Below are positions 6,741 to 14,495 of a DNA stretch of 64,000 nt, piece after piece. The stretch is taken from assembly GCA_963711565.1 (NCBI GenBank), contig CAVQEQ010000004.1, forward strand, positions 416,001-480,000. Reading direction: 5' to 3'. The stretch's first letter is position 1. Each line of letters begins with the position of its first letter. The translations under genes and the position numbers were made by a program. The stretch comes from an uncultured delta proteobacterium (GTDB lineage Bacteria; Desulfobacterota; Binatia; Binatales; Binataceae). The notes beneath the pieces are model-generated. The model did not search any database, was not told where the DNA came from, and saw nothing but the letters and a program-made list of their open reading frames with translations.

Positions 6741-9014
6741 ATGAGCGAAGCGAATATCGTTCTGCCCACTTTAACCAGCCATCAGGTCCTGATCCTGTGG
6801 CTCGTGCTGGTTTCGGCGCTGGTCGCGCTGGCCTACGGCGTCGTGCTGATCCGCGTAGTGCTGGCCGCCGACCCCGGACCCAAATCAATGACCGACGTGG
6901 CCGACGCCATCGAACTCGGCGCGATGGCCTACCTCGGACGCCAGGTCAAAACCATGATCTGGTTCGTCGCCGCGATTTTCATCGCGCTCTTCCTCATGTA
7001 CCGCCAGGTTTACCAGGGCCTCTACCTGCCGCTCGGCATCTCGATCGCATTCCTGATGGGCGTCGCCGCTTCGTATGGCGCCGGCTACGTCGGGATGTGG
7101 CTCGCGGTCAAGGGCAACGTCCGCAGCGCCAACGCTGCATTGACCAGCTTCAAGGACGCGATGGAACTGGCGTTCAAGGCGGGCGGAGTGTCGGGGATGT
7201 TCACGGTCGGGCTGGGATTGCTCGGCGCGACGATCATCTTCCTGGTGTTCCGCGAAAACGCGATGAAGGTCCTGGTAGGCTTCGGCTTCGGCGGCTCGCT
7301 GGCTGCACTATTCATGCGCGTCGGCGGCGGAATCTACACCAAGGCGGCAGATGTCGGCGGCGATCTCGTCGGCAAGATCGAGCAGGATCTCCCCGAAGAC
7401 GACCCGCGCAATCCCGCGACGATTGCCGACAACGTTGGCGACAACGTCGGCGACTGCGCCGGCATGGCGGCCGACGTGTTCGAGTCGTACGAAGTCACGC
7501 TGGTCGCCGCGATTATCCTGGCGGCCTACGCGCTGCAGGAGTCGGACTTTATCGCGGCCTACGGCCAGTACGCGGGCATGTTCGCCGTCAAGCTGATCAT
7601 GTTCGCGCTGATCCTGCGCGGAGTCGGCGTGTTCTCGTCGATCATCGGAATCATGGCGGTGCGCGTGCCGGCCGGCAAAATGCTCGACCCGATGCGCCCG
7701 ATCAACATCGGCTACATGACCTCGGCGATCGCATCGGTGATCGGATTCTTCATCGTTAACTATCTCTACCTCGACGACCCGCGCACGGGCGCGACCGACT
7801 GGCGCTTCGCATGTTGCGCATCGCTCGGAATTATTCTCGCCGTCGTGACGCTATGGCTCACGAACTACTTTACCCATCCCGACAAAGGCCCGGTCACCGA
7901 AACCGCGATGGCCGCGCGCACCGGCCCGGCAACGTTGATCCTGTCGGGCATGGCCGAGGGACTCGAGTCGTCGGTGTGGGCGCTGCTCGTGATTGCCGCC
8001 GCGATTATCGGCGCGATGGCGATATTCCACGAGTCGCTCGCGCTGCAATTTTACGGAATCGCGCTGACCGGACTCGGCCTGCTCACGACGACCGGCTTCA
8101 TCCTCGCGATGGACACCTACGGCCCGATCACCGACAACGCACACGGCATCTTCGAGATGGGCGGAATCCATCAGGAGGAGGCGTCGAAGACGCTGTCGTG
8201 GATGGACGCGATCGGCAACACCACCAAGGCGCTCACCAAGGGCCTCGCGATCGCGACCGCGGTGCTCGCGGCGGTCTCGCTGTTCCGCTCCTTTATTGAT
8301 GAGGCGCATCTCGGCGCGCTCGGCGTGCAGATCAATATGCCGACCGTGTTCGTCGGCCTGATGATCGGCGGCGCGGTGCCGTTCCTGTTCAGTTCGTTCG
8401 CAATTAAGGCGGTCAGCCGCGCGGCGTACCAGATCGTGTTCGAGGTCCGCCGCCAGCTCCGCGAGCATCCGGGGATCATGGAAGGCAAGGAGCTGCCTGA
8501 CTACAGCGCGTGCGTCGATATCGTCACGGCGGCGTCGCAGAAAGAATTGCTCGGTCCCGGCATCCTCGCGATCTTCTCGCCGCTGCTGGTCGGCTTCGGC
8601 CTCGGCGCGGGTGCGCTCGGCGGCTTCCTCGGCGGCACGATCCTGACGGGGCAGTTGATGGCGGTGTTCATGTCGAATGCGGGCGCCAACTGGGACAACG
8701 CCAAGAAAAAAGTCGAAGACGGATTCCTCGGCGGCAAGGGCACCGACGTGCACAAGGCGTCGGTCGTGGGAGACACGGTCGGCGATCCATTCAAGGACAC
8801 TGCCGGCCCGGCGCTGAACCCGATGATCAAGGTGATGAACCTGGTAGCGATTCTGGCGGCGCCGTTCACGACGATATCGCTCGCCGGCGTAACCCCGCTG
8901 CGCGTGGCAATCGTCGTGATCTCGATCATCGCGCTGGCAATCGCGGTTACGTTCTCGAAGCGCGGCTCGATCGCGGAAGAGAGCCTGGCAATCGAAACTA
9001 AGCAAGCCGCCTGA
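6741..9014 (+). CDS. hppA: Membrane-bound pyrophosphatase (proton pump), probably K+-independent
   Basis: Motifs GGGIYTKAADVGGDLVGKIE, DNVGDNVGD, GDTVGDPFKDTAGP and GNTTKA. Confidence 0.96.
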   Translation: MSEANIVLPTLTSHQVLILWLVLVSALVALAYGVVLIRVVLAADPGPKSMTDVADAIELGAMAYLGRQVKTMIWFVAAIFIALFLMYRQVYQGLYLPLGISIAFLMGVAASYGAGYVGMWLAVKGNVRSANAALTSFKDAMELAFKAGGVSGMFTVGLGLLGATIIFLVFRENAMKVLVGFGFGGSLAALFMRVGGGIYTKAADVGGDLVGKIEQDLPEDDPRNPATIADNVGDNVGDCAGMAADVFESYEVTLVAAIILAAYALQESDFIAAYGQYAGMFAVKLIMFALILRGVGVFSSIIGIMAVRVPAGKMLDPMRPINIGYMTSAIASVIGFFIVNYLYLDDPRTGATDWRFACCASLGIILAVVTLWLTNYFTHPDKGPVTETAMAARTGPATLILSGMAEGLESSVWALLVIAAAIIGAMAIFHESLALQFYGIALTGLGLLTTTGFILAMDTYGPITDNAHGIFEMGGIHQEEASKTLSWMDAIGNTTKALTKGLAIATAVLAAVSLFRSFIDEAHLGALGVQINMPTVFVGLMIGGAVPFLFSSFAIKAVSRAAYQIVFEVRRQLREHPGIMEGKELPDYSACVDIVTAASQKELLGPGILAIFSPLLVGFGLGAGALGGFLGGTILTGQLMAVFMSNAGANWDNAKKKVEDGFLGGKGTDVHKASVVGDTVGDPFKDTAGPALNPMIKVMNLVAILAAPFTTISLAGVTPLRVAIVVISIIALAIAVTFSKRGSIAEESLAIETKQAA

Positions 9015-9037
9015 TCGAATTTAGCAATCAGCAAAGC

Positions 9038-9075
9038 AAAAAGGGCCGGACGCAAACAGCGTCCGGCCCTTTTTT
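9038..9075. terminator. Bidirectional intrinsic terminator
   Basis: AAAAAGGGCCGGACGC-aaaca-GCGTCCGGCCCTTTTT between convergent genes. Confidence 0.85.
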
Positions 9076-9136
9076 CAGCTGAGCAGAAACGACATGCGAA
9101 GTTTGCAACGCGGTGAATCGGGCTGGTCGCCACCGC

Positions 9137-10288
9137 TTACGACACCAGGCGCAATCCGGTGACTATCGTCCTGCGCGTCGCGACCCACGCCGGGACGAAC
9201 GCGCTCACTACTCCAACCATCCATGCAAGCCCGACTCCTATAGGGATGATTCCGCGGCTCATCGGCAGAGGAACGTTGACGCCGGGGAGCGCAGGTGCAA
9301 AGCCGCCAAGCACCAGCCAGGTTGCCAGGCCTCCAAGCAAGCCGCCGGCGATTGCCACCAGCGAAGCCTCGGCGACCAGATAGATCAGTACGGTGCCTGC
9401 GTCGAAGCCAATCGCGCGCATGACCGCGAGTTCGCGTCCGCGCTCGCGAATCGACATGGCCGACGTGTTCGCGGCTACAAGTGTTACTACGACGACCACA
9501 ATTACACCGAGAACGGTGGCCAGAGTGAAGATCGAGGCGAGGCTGCTGAACACGTTCGCGGTGAATTGGCCCTCCGCTTCGGTTTTGCTCTGATATTCGG
9601 AATTTCTGAACGTCTCGTCGATCGAAGCGATCACCGGATCGATCGAAGTAAGCCGATCGACCTGAACCCAGATAATAGACACAAGTCCGGGATTGCCGTT
9701 CAGCGATTCATAGTAATCGCGCCGAAACGCCAGCATATTCAGCGGTCCGCTGGATGAAGAGCCCGGCTTCATTACGCCGACGATTTCGACGGGTACATCC
9801 GGCGACGGAATAGTCGCATGCAGGATGATGTGCTGGCCGACGTGCCAGCCGTGCCGGCGCATCAGGTCCGGGCCGACGAGGGCGGCGGTGCGCTGATGCT
9901 GGAAGGCGTCGGCAGCAGTTGCGGAGACGCCCCATTCAGGCCAGAGCTCGCGCACGTCGATCGGATCGACGGCGTAGCTGAGAAACTGATCAGAGGAACC
10001 CTGAAACTCCGACGGCATGAATTCCCATGCCTGCACGAGATTGACTCGCGGTAGCGCGGAAATCTTGCGCACGTACGATTCCGGCAGTTGATAGGCCATC
10101 CCCGCAGTGCTGGCGCAGACGAGCCGGCGCGAGGCCGCGTTGCCGCGCATCAACAGCGCCGGGATTTCCGCGACGCTGGCTAATCCGCAGAACATGAAAA
10201 TCGAGATTGCGATCGAGACGGCGGTCAGAATGTTCCGCCGCCGATTGCGGCGCAGACCTCTCAGGATCAGCCAGCAGAGCTTCACCAT
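9137..10288 (-). CDS. ABC transporter permease, MacB/FtsX family
   Basis: N-terminal RRNRRRNILT plus a TM helix, a periplasmic domain, SIRERGRELAVMRAIGF and C-terminal TM helices. Confidence 0.88.
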   Translation of the reverse strand: MVKLCWLILRGLRRNRRRNILTAVSIAISIFMFCGLASVAEIPALLMRGNAASRRLVCASTAGMAYQLPESYVRKISALPRVNLVQAWEFMPSEFQGSSDQFLSYAVDPIDVRELWPEWGVSATAADAFQHQRTAALVGPDLMRRHGWHVGQHIILHATIPSPDVPVEIVGVMKPGSSSSGPLNMLAFRRDYYESLNGNPGLVSIIWVQVDRLTSIDPVIASIDETFRNSEYQSKTEAEGQFTANVFSSLASIFTLATVLGVIVVVVVTLVAANTSAMSIRERGRELAVMRAIGFDAGTVLIYLVAEASLVAIAGGLLGGLATWLVLGGFAPALPGVNVPLPMSRGIIPIGVGLAWMVGVVSAFVPAWVATRRTIVTGLRLVS

Positions 10289-10370
10289 TGCCGCCAGTCT
10301 GCGGCAGTTCGCTTTGGGGAACAACCAGCGTCGGCGCTACAATCTGGTACTGTGCCGCGCCGCGCAACGC

Positions 10371-10871
10371 TCAGTCTTCGCCGTCCTGCGCCAGATACTT
10401 CTCGATGAGCTTCATCTGCGCGGTCCATCCACCCTCGTTGGCGGCGAACGCTTTGGCGCGGCGCTCGAGCGGGATCTGGTCGAAGCCCGACTCGATGACG
10501 GTTAGCATCGTGCCGCCCGCGGCGTCTTCCAACTGAAACGCGACCAGCGTCGAGGGCTCCTTCGAGTAATCGACGCCGGAATCTACGGCGAACGGATGCC
10601 ATCGAAAGGAGAACAGCCGCATCGGTTCGACCCGATCGACGGCGAACTCGAAACGGAAGCCCTTGTACGGCTCCTGGGTCTTCGCGACTTCCGCGTCCAC
10701 GGTGGTGGGCATGAGCTTTCCAACGATGCTGGCGCCCGCGACGAAAGGGCCGTCGAACTCGACGCCGAACCAACTGCCGAACTCTTTAGAATCGCTGATC
10801 GCGCGCCACACGCGCTCGCGCGATGCGCGCAGCAGGACGCTCTTCACGATGCGGTCAGTGCTTGCCGTCAT
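10371..10871 (-). CDS. SRPBCC/AHSA1 family protein
   Basis: RERVWRAISD...FGSWFG, FSFRWHP, TVIESGF and NEGGW. Confidence 0.88.
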   Translation of the reverse strand: MTASTDRIVKSVLLRASRERVWRAISDSKEFGSWFGVEFDGPFVAGASIVGKLMPTTVDAEVAKTQEPYKGFRFEFAVDRVEPMRLFSFRWHPFAVDSGVDYSKEPSTLVAFQLEDAAGGTMLTVIESGFDQIPLERRAKAFAANEGGWTAQMKLIEKYLAQDGED

Positions 10872-10936
10872 AATGCAACCTCCGAGTTGCATTTACAATA
10901 CCGTGCGCCTGCTACAAAACGCAACCCTCGGGTTGC
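10872..10936. promoter_or_regulatory. Two palindromic operator-like sites (GCAAC-N6-8-GTTGC)
   Basis: AATGCAACCTCCGAGTTGCATT (10872-10893) and GCAACCCTCGGGTTGC (10921-10936) lie immediately upstream of the SRPBCC start. Confidence 0.6.
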
Positions 10937-10979
10937 AGAACGCCTGAAGGGATTAGAACGAATCCGCATCTGACACGCC

Positions 10980-11050
10980 CCTGAGAGCAAAGTAGCGCGC
11001 CGCGCGCGCAACTTTGCGCTTCTCACTGGGTGCAGGGGTCACCCCCCGCG
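10980..11050 (+). repeat. Family B repeat with upstream CCTGAGAGC-hairpin
   Basis: CCTGAGAGC-hairpin followed by GGGTGCAGGGGTCACCCC; the same architecture occurs at 16571-16651. Confidence 0.7.
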
Positions 11051-11794
11051 ACGGTGTCGATGCCGCCCGCCGCGCAGGCGATTATTCTTTTCCTGGAGTT
11101 GGTCCGCCATCTTTTGGAACTGCGGATCTCTCTTCTTGCGCATCAACTCCGCCGCCGTGACGCCGTCCTTGTTCGCGATATCGCCGCGAGCGCCGCGCTC
11201 AATCATCATCGCGAAATATGTTTTGTCGCTCGACTTCTTCAGCATGTAGTGGAGCGCCGTCATGCCCGTCGGGTCCCGGTAGTTGACGTCGGCGCCGAGT
11301 TTCAGAAGTTCTTCGGCCGCCTTGAAATGACTCCACTTGATCGCGCTGATGAACGGCGACTCCTGGACGTCCGAGGGATCGTTGACGTTTGCTCCGTGGC
11401 GGACGAGCAGCCTGATGGCTTCGATGTTTTCGACGAACGTGGCTGCCCACAGGCAGTAGTTCGGATTCGACCCGCGCTCGAGCAGAAATTCCGCGAGCAT
11501 CAGATTTTCTCCGCGAGCAATCGCAAACCAGAGCGGCGTAGCCTTCCAGGCACCCTCGGTGAATGCTTCCATATTGAGGTCGAGGCCGCGCCGCAGCAGA
11601 ACCTCGGCGGTCTTGACGCTGTCTTCGGGCCTGAGCTTCGCGCGCTTCGGGTTCACGCCGCAGCAGAGATGGAGCCAGTTCCGTCCTCGCTCATCGCGAA
11701 CCGAAAGCAGGTCCGGCCTCTCGGCCAGCGCATCATCAACTTCGTTCGATCGAAACTCCTTGACCAGCTCGCTGAGCCTTGTCTTCGAAATCAT
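11039..11794 (-). CDS. Ankyrin repeat protein
   Basis: Repeats such as ATPLWFAIARGENLMLAEFLLERG, LLVRHGANVN and GMTALH. The ATG at 11794 overlaps the upstream stop. Confidence 0.85.
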   Translation of the reverse strand: MISKTRLSELVKEFRSNEVDDALAERPDLLSVRDERGRNWLHLCCGVNPKRAKLRPEDSVKTAEVLLRRGLDLNMEAFTEGAWKATPLWFAIARGENLMLAEFLLERGSNPNYCLWAATFVENIEAIRLLVRHGANVNDPSDVQESPFISAIKWSHFKAAEELLKLGADVNYRDPTGMTALHYMLKKSSDKTYFAMMIERGARGDIANKDGVTAAELMRKKRDPQFQKMADQLQEKNNRLRGGRHRHRRGG

Positions 11795-12204
11795 GCGAGC
11801 AAACCCTTGCCGGGCACGTGATTCACTTCGAGGCGGATGCCGTTGGGGTCTTCGAACAGCACCGAGTAGTAGCCCGGCGCCCACGGACCGTCCTCGGGCG
11901 GATGCACGATCTTCGCCCCGATCGTTTTGAGGAAGCTGTAAACCTCATCAACGTCGCCGCGCTCGCGCGCGCGCAGACACAGATGATGCAGTCCGACGCG
12001 GCGCTGTTGGAATTTCTCGTCGCGAAACAAATCGTCGCCGCGCATGATTCCGACCGCGGTCTTGCCGCCCACGCAGTAGAGCATCTCCTCGCTGCGCATG
12101 ACCGGCTTCATCCCGAGATACACGAGCAGCTTTTCATAGAACGGAAAGCACGCCTCGAAATTGCTGACCGTGAGCATCACGTGCGCGACGCCGTTGATTT
12201 CCAT
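11791..12204 (-). CDS. VOC/glyoxalase family protein
   Basis: HVMLTVS, GLHHLCLRA and YYSVLFEDPNGIRLE. Confidence 0.9.
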   Translation of the reverse strand: MEINGVAHVMLTVSNFEACFPFYEKLLVYLGMKPVMRSEEMLYCVGGKTAVGIMRGDDLFRDEKFQQRRVGLHHLCLRARERGDVDEVYSFLKTIGAKIVHPPEDGPWAPGYYSVLFEDPNGIRLEVNHVPGKGLLA

Positions 12205-12224
12205 TTTTCAGTTCTCCGTTTTCG

Positions 12225-12840
12225 TTAGAGCGCGTTGAGCCATTCGTGTCCGGGGTGAGTTTTTTCGACGGCATCGCGGAGCCATCGGCGCGCGTCCGCG
12301 CTGAGCGCCGGGAGTGCGTTGCCGAAATCGATTCGATCACGCGCCTCGAGCTGCTTGGCCTTGAACAGCAACACGATTTCGGGAGCGAGATACGGCAGCC
12401 CCCATAGCGGATGAAATCCCATTCGCGCGAGCAGCATCCGAATTTTCGGATTGCGGCGGAAGATCCATTCGCTGTCCGACGACTCCGCGAGCATCACCTG
12501 GAACGCCGGCTCCGATTCGCCCGCGCGATACGCATTGATCTGATGTACCGGCAGCTCGAGCCGCTCGCCGGGCAGCCAGTCGGCGACCGTGCCGCGATTG
12601 GCCAGGCCGTCGGGATGCGGAATGATCTTTTTCAGCGAGAATTGTTTCAGCGCTTTGTGCAGTCCAAGGTGATCCTGCCGCATGACGAGCGTGTCGATAT
12701 CGTGATGCTCGCGCGTGACGCGGCCGAGATGCAGATCGATCGCCCACCCGCCGGCGACAAAGAAGGGCGCGCGGAGGTTGCCGAACGTCTCCGCAACCTC
12801 AAGTAACGCTTTAAGGTCTGGCGTTGAGGTGTTCGCGTTC
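12225..12840 (-). CDS. Nucleotidyltransferase-domain protein; true start unclear
   Basis: The frame stays open upstream of the first ATG (12683) and encodes FVAGGWAIDLHLGRVTREHHDIDTLV. The C-terminus has YLAPEIVLLFKAK...HPGHEW. Confidence 0.7.
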
Positions 12841-12869
12841 CCTTCTCCTGAACAAAGCGACCGGTCAGG

Positions 12870-12889
12870 AACGTTTCACGTGAAACGTT
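12870..12889. other. parS-like palindrome
   Basis: Perfect 20-bp palindrome AACGTTTCACGTGAAACGTT with the parS core GTTTCACGTGAAAC. Confidence 0.75.
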
Positions 12890-12936
12890 TTGGCAGAAAA
12901 CTCGTTGCCAACCTTGAGTTATCCGCGATCGACTCG

Positions 12937-12960
12937 ACGTTTCACGTGAAACGTTTCACG
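12937..12960. other. Second parS-like palindrome plus an extra half site
   Basis: ACGTTTCACGTGAAACGT followed by TTCACG. Confidence 0.75.
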
Positions 12961-12961
12961 C

Positions 12962-13975
12962 TCAGCGCGCCGAAACCATCCGCGACGGTCGCGGCTGTTC
13001 GTGCCCGAGAATCGGGTGCGGGCGGTACGGTTTTTCGAGCGCTGCGACTTCGTCCGCCGTCAGCTTCACGTCAACCGCCGCGATCGCCTCCTTAAGATGC
13101 GCGAGCTTGGTCGCACCGATGATCGGCGCGGTAACGCCGGGCGCCTGCAGGATCCACGCGCATGCGATCTGCGACGGCGTGACGCTGCGCTCCTTGGCGA
13201 TCTGCTGGACCACTCTCAGCACTTCGAAGTCGTACTCGCGGAAGTACATGTTCTTGGCGAACTCGTCCTGCTTGGCGCGCGCCGTCGGACCGCTGCCGCC
13301 TTTTTCGCGATTGCCGGCCAGGAATCCGCGCGCGAGCGGGCTCCATGGAATCAGGCCGACACCGTTGTCGATGCAGAGCGGATTCATCTCGCGCTCCTCC
13401 TCGCGATAGACGAGGTTGTAATGGTTCTGCATCGCGATGAACCGGTGCCATCCGTTTTCTTTTTGAATCGCGAGCGCCTTGGCGAACTGCCACGCCGCCA
13501 TCGAACTCGCGCCGAGGTAGCGCACCTTGCCGGCGCGGACGAGCGAATCGAGCGCTTCGAGGGTTTCCTCGATCGGCGTCGTGTAGTCCCATCGATGGAT
13601 TTGGTAGAGGTCGATGAAATCCATCTTGAGGCGGCGCAGCGACGCGTCGCACGCTTCGAGAATATTTTTGCGGCTGAGGCCGGCGCGGTTGAGACCCGAC
13701 GCCATCGGCCCGTGGACCTTGGTCGCGACGACGATCTCGTCGCGGTTCGCCATCTCGCCGAGCCATCGCCCGGTGACCTCCTCGCTCGCGCCGGTCGAAT
13801 AGACGTTGGCGGTGTCGTAGAAGTTGATGCCCGATTCGACGGCGGCGGCGAAATGATCGCGCGCCTCGTCCATCGTGAGCACCCAGTCGCGCCATTTCTT
13901 GTCGCCGTAGCTCATGCATCCGAGGCAGATGCGCGAGACGGTGATTCCGGTCTTGCCGAGTTTCGAGTACTGCAT
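12962..13975 (-). CDS. Aldo/keto reductase
   Basis: LGCMSYG, DTANVYS, ATKV, DLYQIHRWD and PWSPLARG. Confidence 0.95.
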   Translation of the reverse strand: MQYSKLGKTGITVSRICLGCMSYGDKKWRDWVLTMDEARDHFAAAVESGINFYDTANVYSTGASEEVTGRWLGEMANRDEIVVATKVHGPMASGLNRAGLSRKNILEACDASLRRLKMDFIDLYQIHRWDYTTPIEETLEALDSLVRAGKVRYLGASSMAAWQFAKALAIQKENGWHRFIAMQNHYNLVYREEEREMNPLCIDNGVGLIPWSPLARGFLAGNREKGGSGPTARAKQDEFAKNMYFREYDFEVLRVVQQIAKERSVTPSQIACAWILQAPGVTAPIIGATKLAHLKEAIAAVDVKLTADEVAALEKPYRPHPILGHEQPRPSRMVSAR

Positions 13976-14054
13976 GGTTTCTCCGAATCGTTTTGAGTGC
14001 GAGTGTTGAGCCAAACTTCCGGCGCTCGTTCGCGCGTGTCAAGGGCGAAGGGCA

Positions 14055-14100
14055 GGAACCTGACCCCTAAACCCTTCCGTTGGTTGAAGAGGAACCGGAT
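14055..14100 (+). repeat. Degenerate family D repeat (DUF559-associated)
   Basis: GGAACCTGACCCCTAAACCCTTCC...GAAGAGGAACCGGAT resembles 26183-26232 and 51744-51786. Confidence 0.65.
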
Positions 14101-14144
14101 ATGGAGAGCGGGCGCGGCGATTTAAACGGGGGTGGCAGGCGAGG

Positions 14145-14318
14145 TCAGGGCGGGGCGGGCCTTGTGATGGCGGGATATCGAGGGGTAACGTCGTAGCCGT
14201 GGTCGTGAAGGAAGTTCACGCGCACCTGGGCTAACAGGACGGCGTCGATCAGGATCGCGACAAAAATGACGGCGATGAAGACGAAGCTTTGCGGTCGCGG
14301 CGCATTGCTCGTATGCAT
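14145..14318 (-). CDS. Putative small single-pass membrane protein
   Basis: Short ORF in otherwise empty space with one strong hydrophobic helix (FVFIAVIFVAILIDAVLLA). Confidence 0.4.
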   Translation of the reverse strand: MHTSNAPRPQSFVFIAVIFVAILIDAVLLAQVRVNFLHDHGYDVTPRYPAITRPAPP

Positions 14319-14495
14319 GAAGATCATTAATAGCACGAAAGCGTTTTCGATACTCGCGATGCTATTTCATTGACTCGGCGGGCAAGTTAGGATGCAGCCA
14401 TCCTCGACTGGCCGATTGGTCAGGCGGGGGTTTCGCGAGCTAAAATAGTGCGGAAGGCGTAGCACGCATGGAAGGTGCGCGCTGGAGGGAATCTA

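Noticed and set aside
9137-10288. Orphan MacB-type permease as a novel system
   Set aside because: Partner ATPase and adaptor genes are often encoded elsewhere, and nothing else here is unusual.
12225-12840. Aminoglycoside resistance nucleotidyltransferase
   Set aside because: The motif is superfamily-level only, and substrate cannot be inferred from sequence.
12919-12927. TTATCCGCG as a DnaA box or oriC signal
   Set aside because: It has two mismatches to TTATCCACA, is a single copy, and has no AT-rich unwinding region or dnaA nearby.
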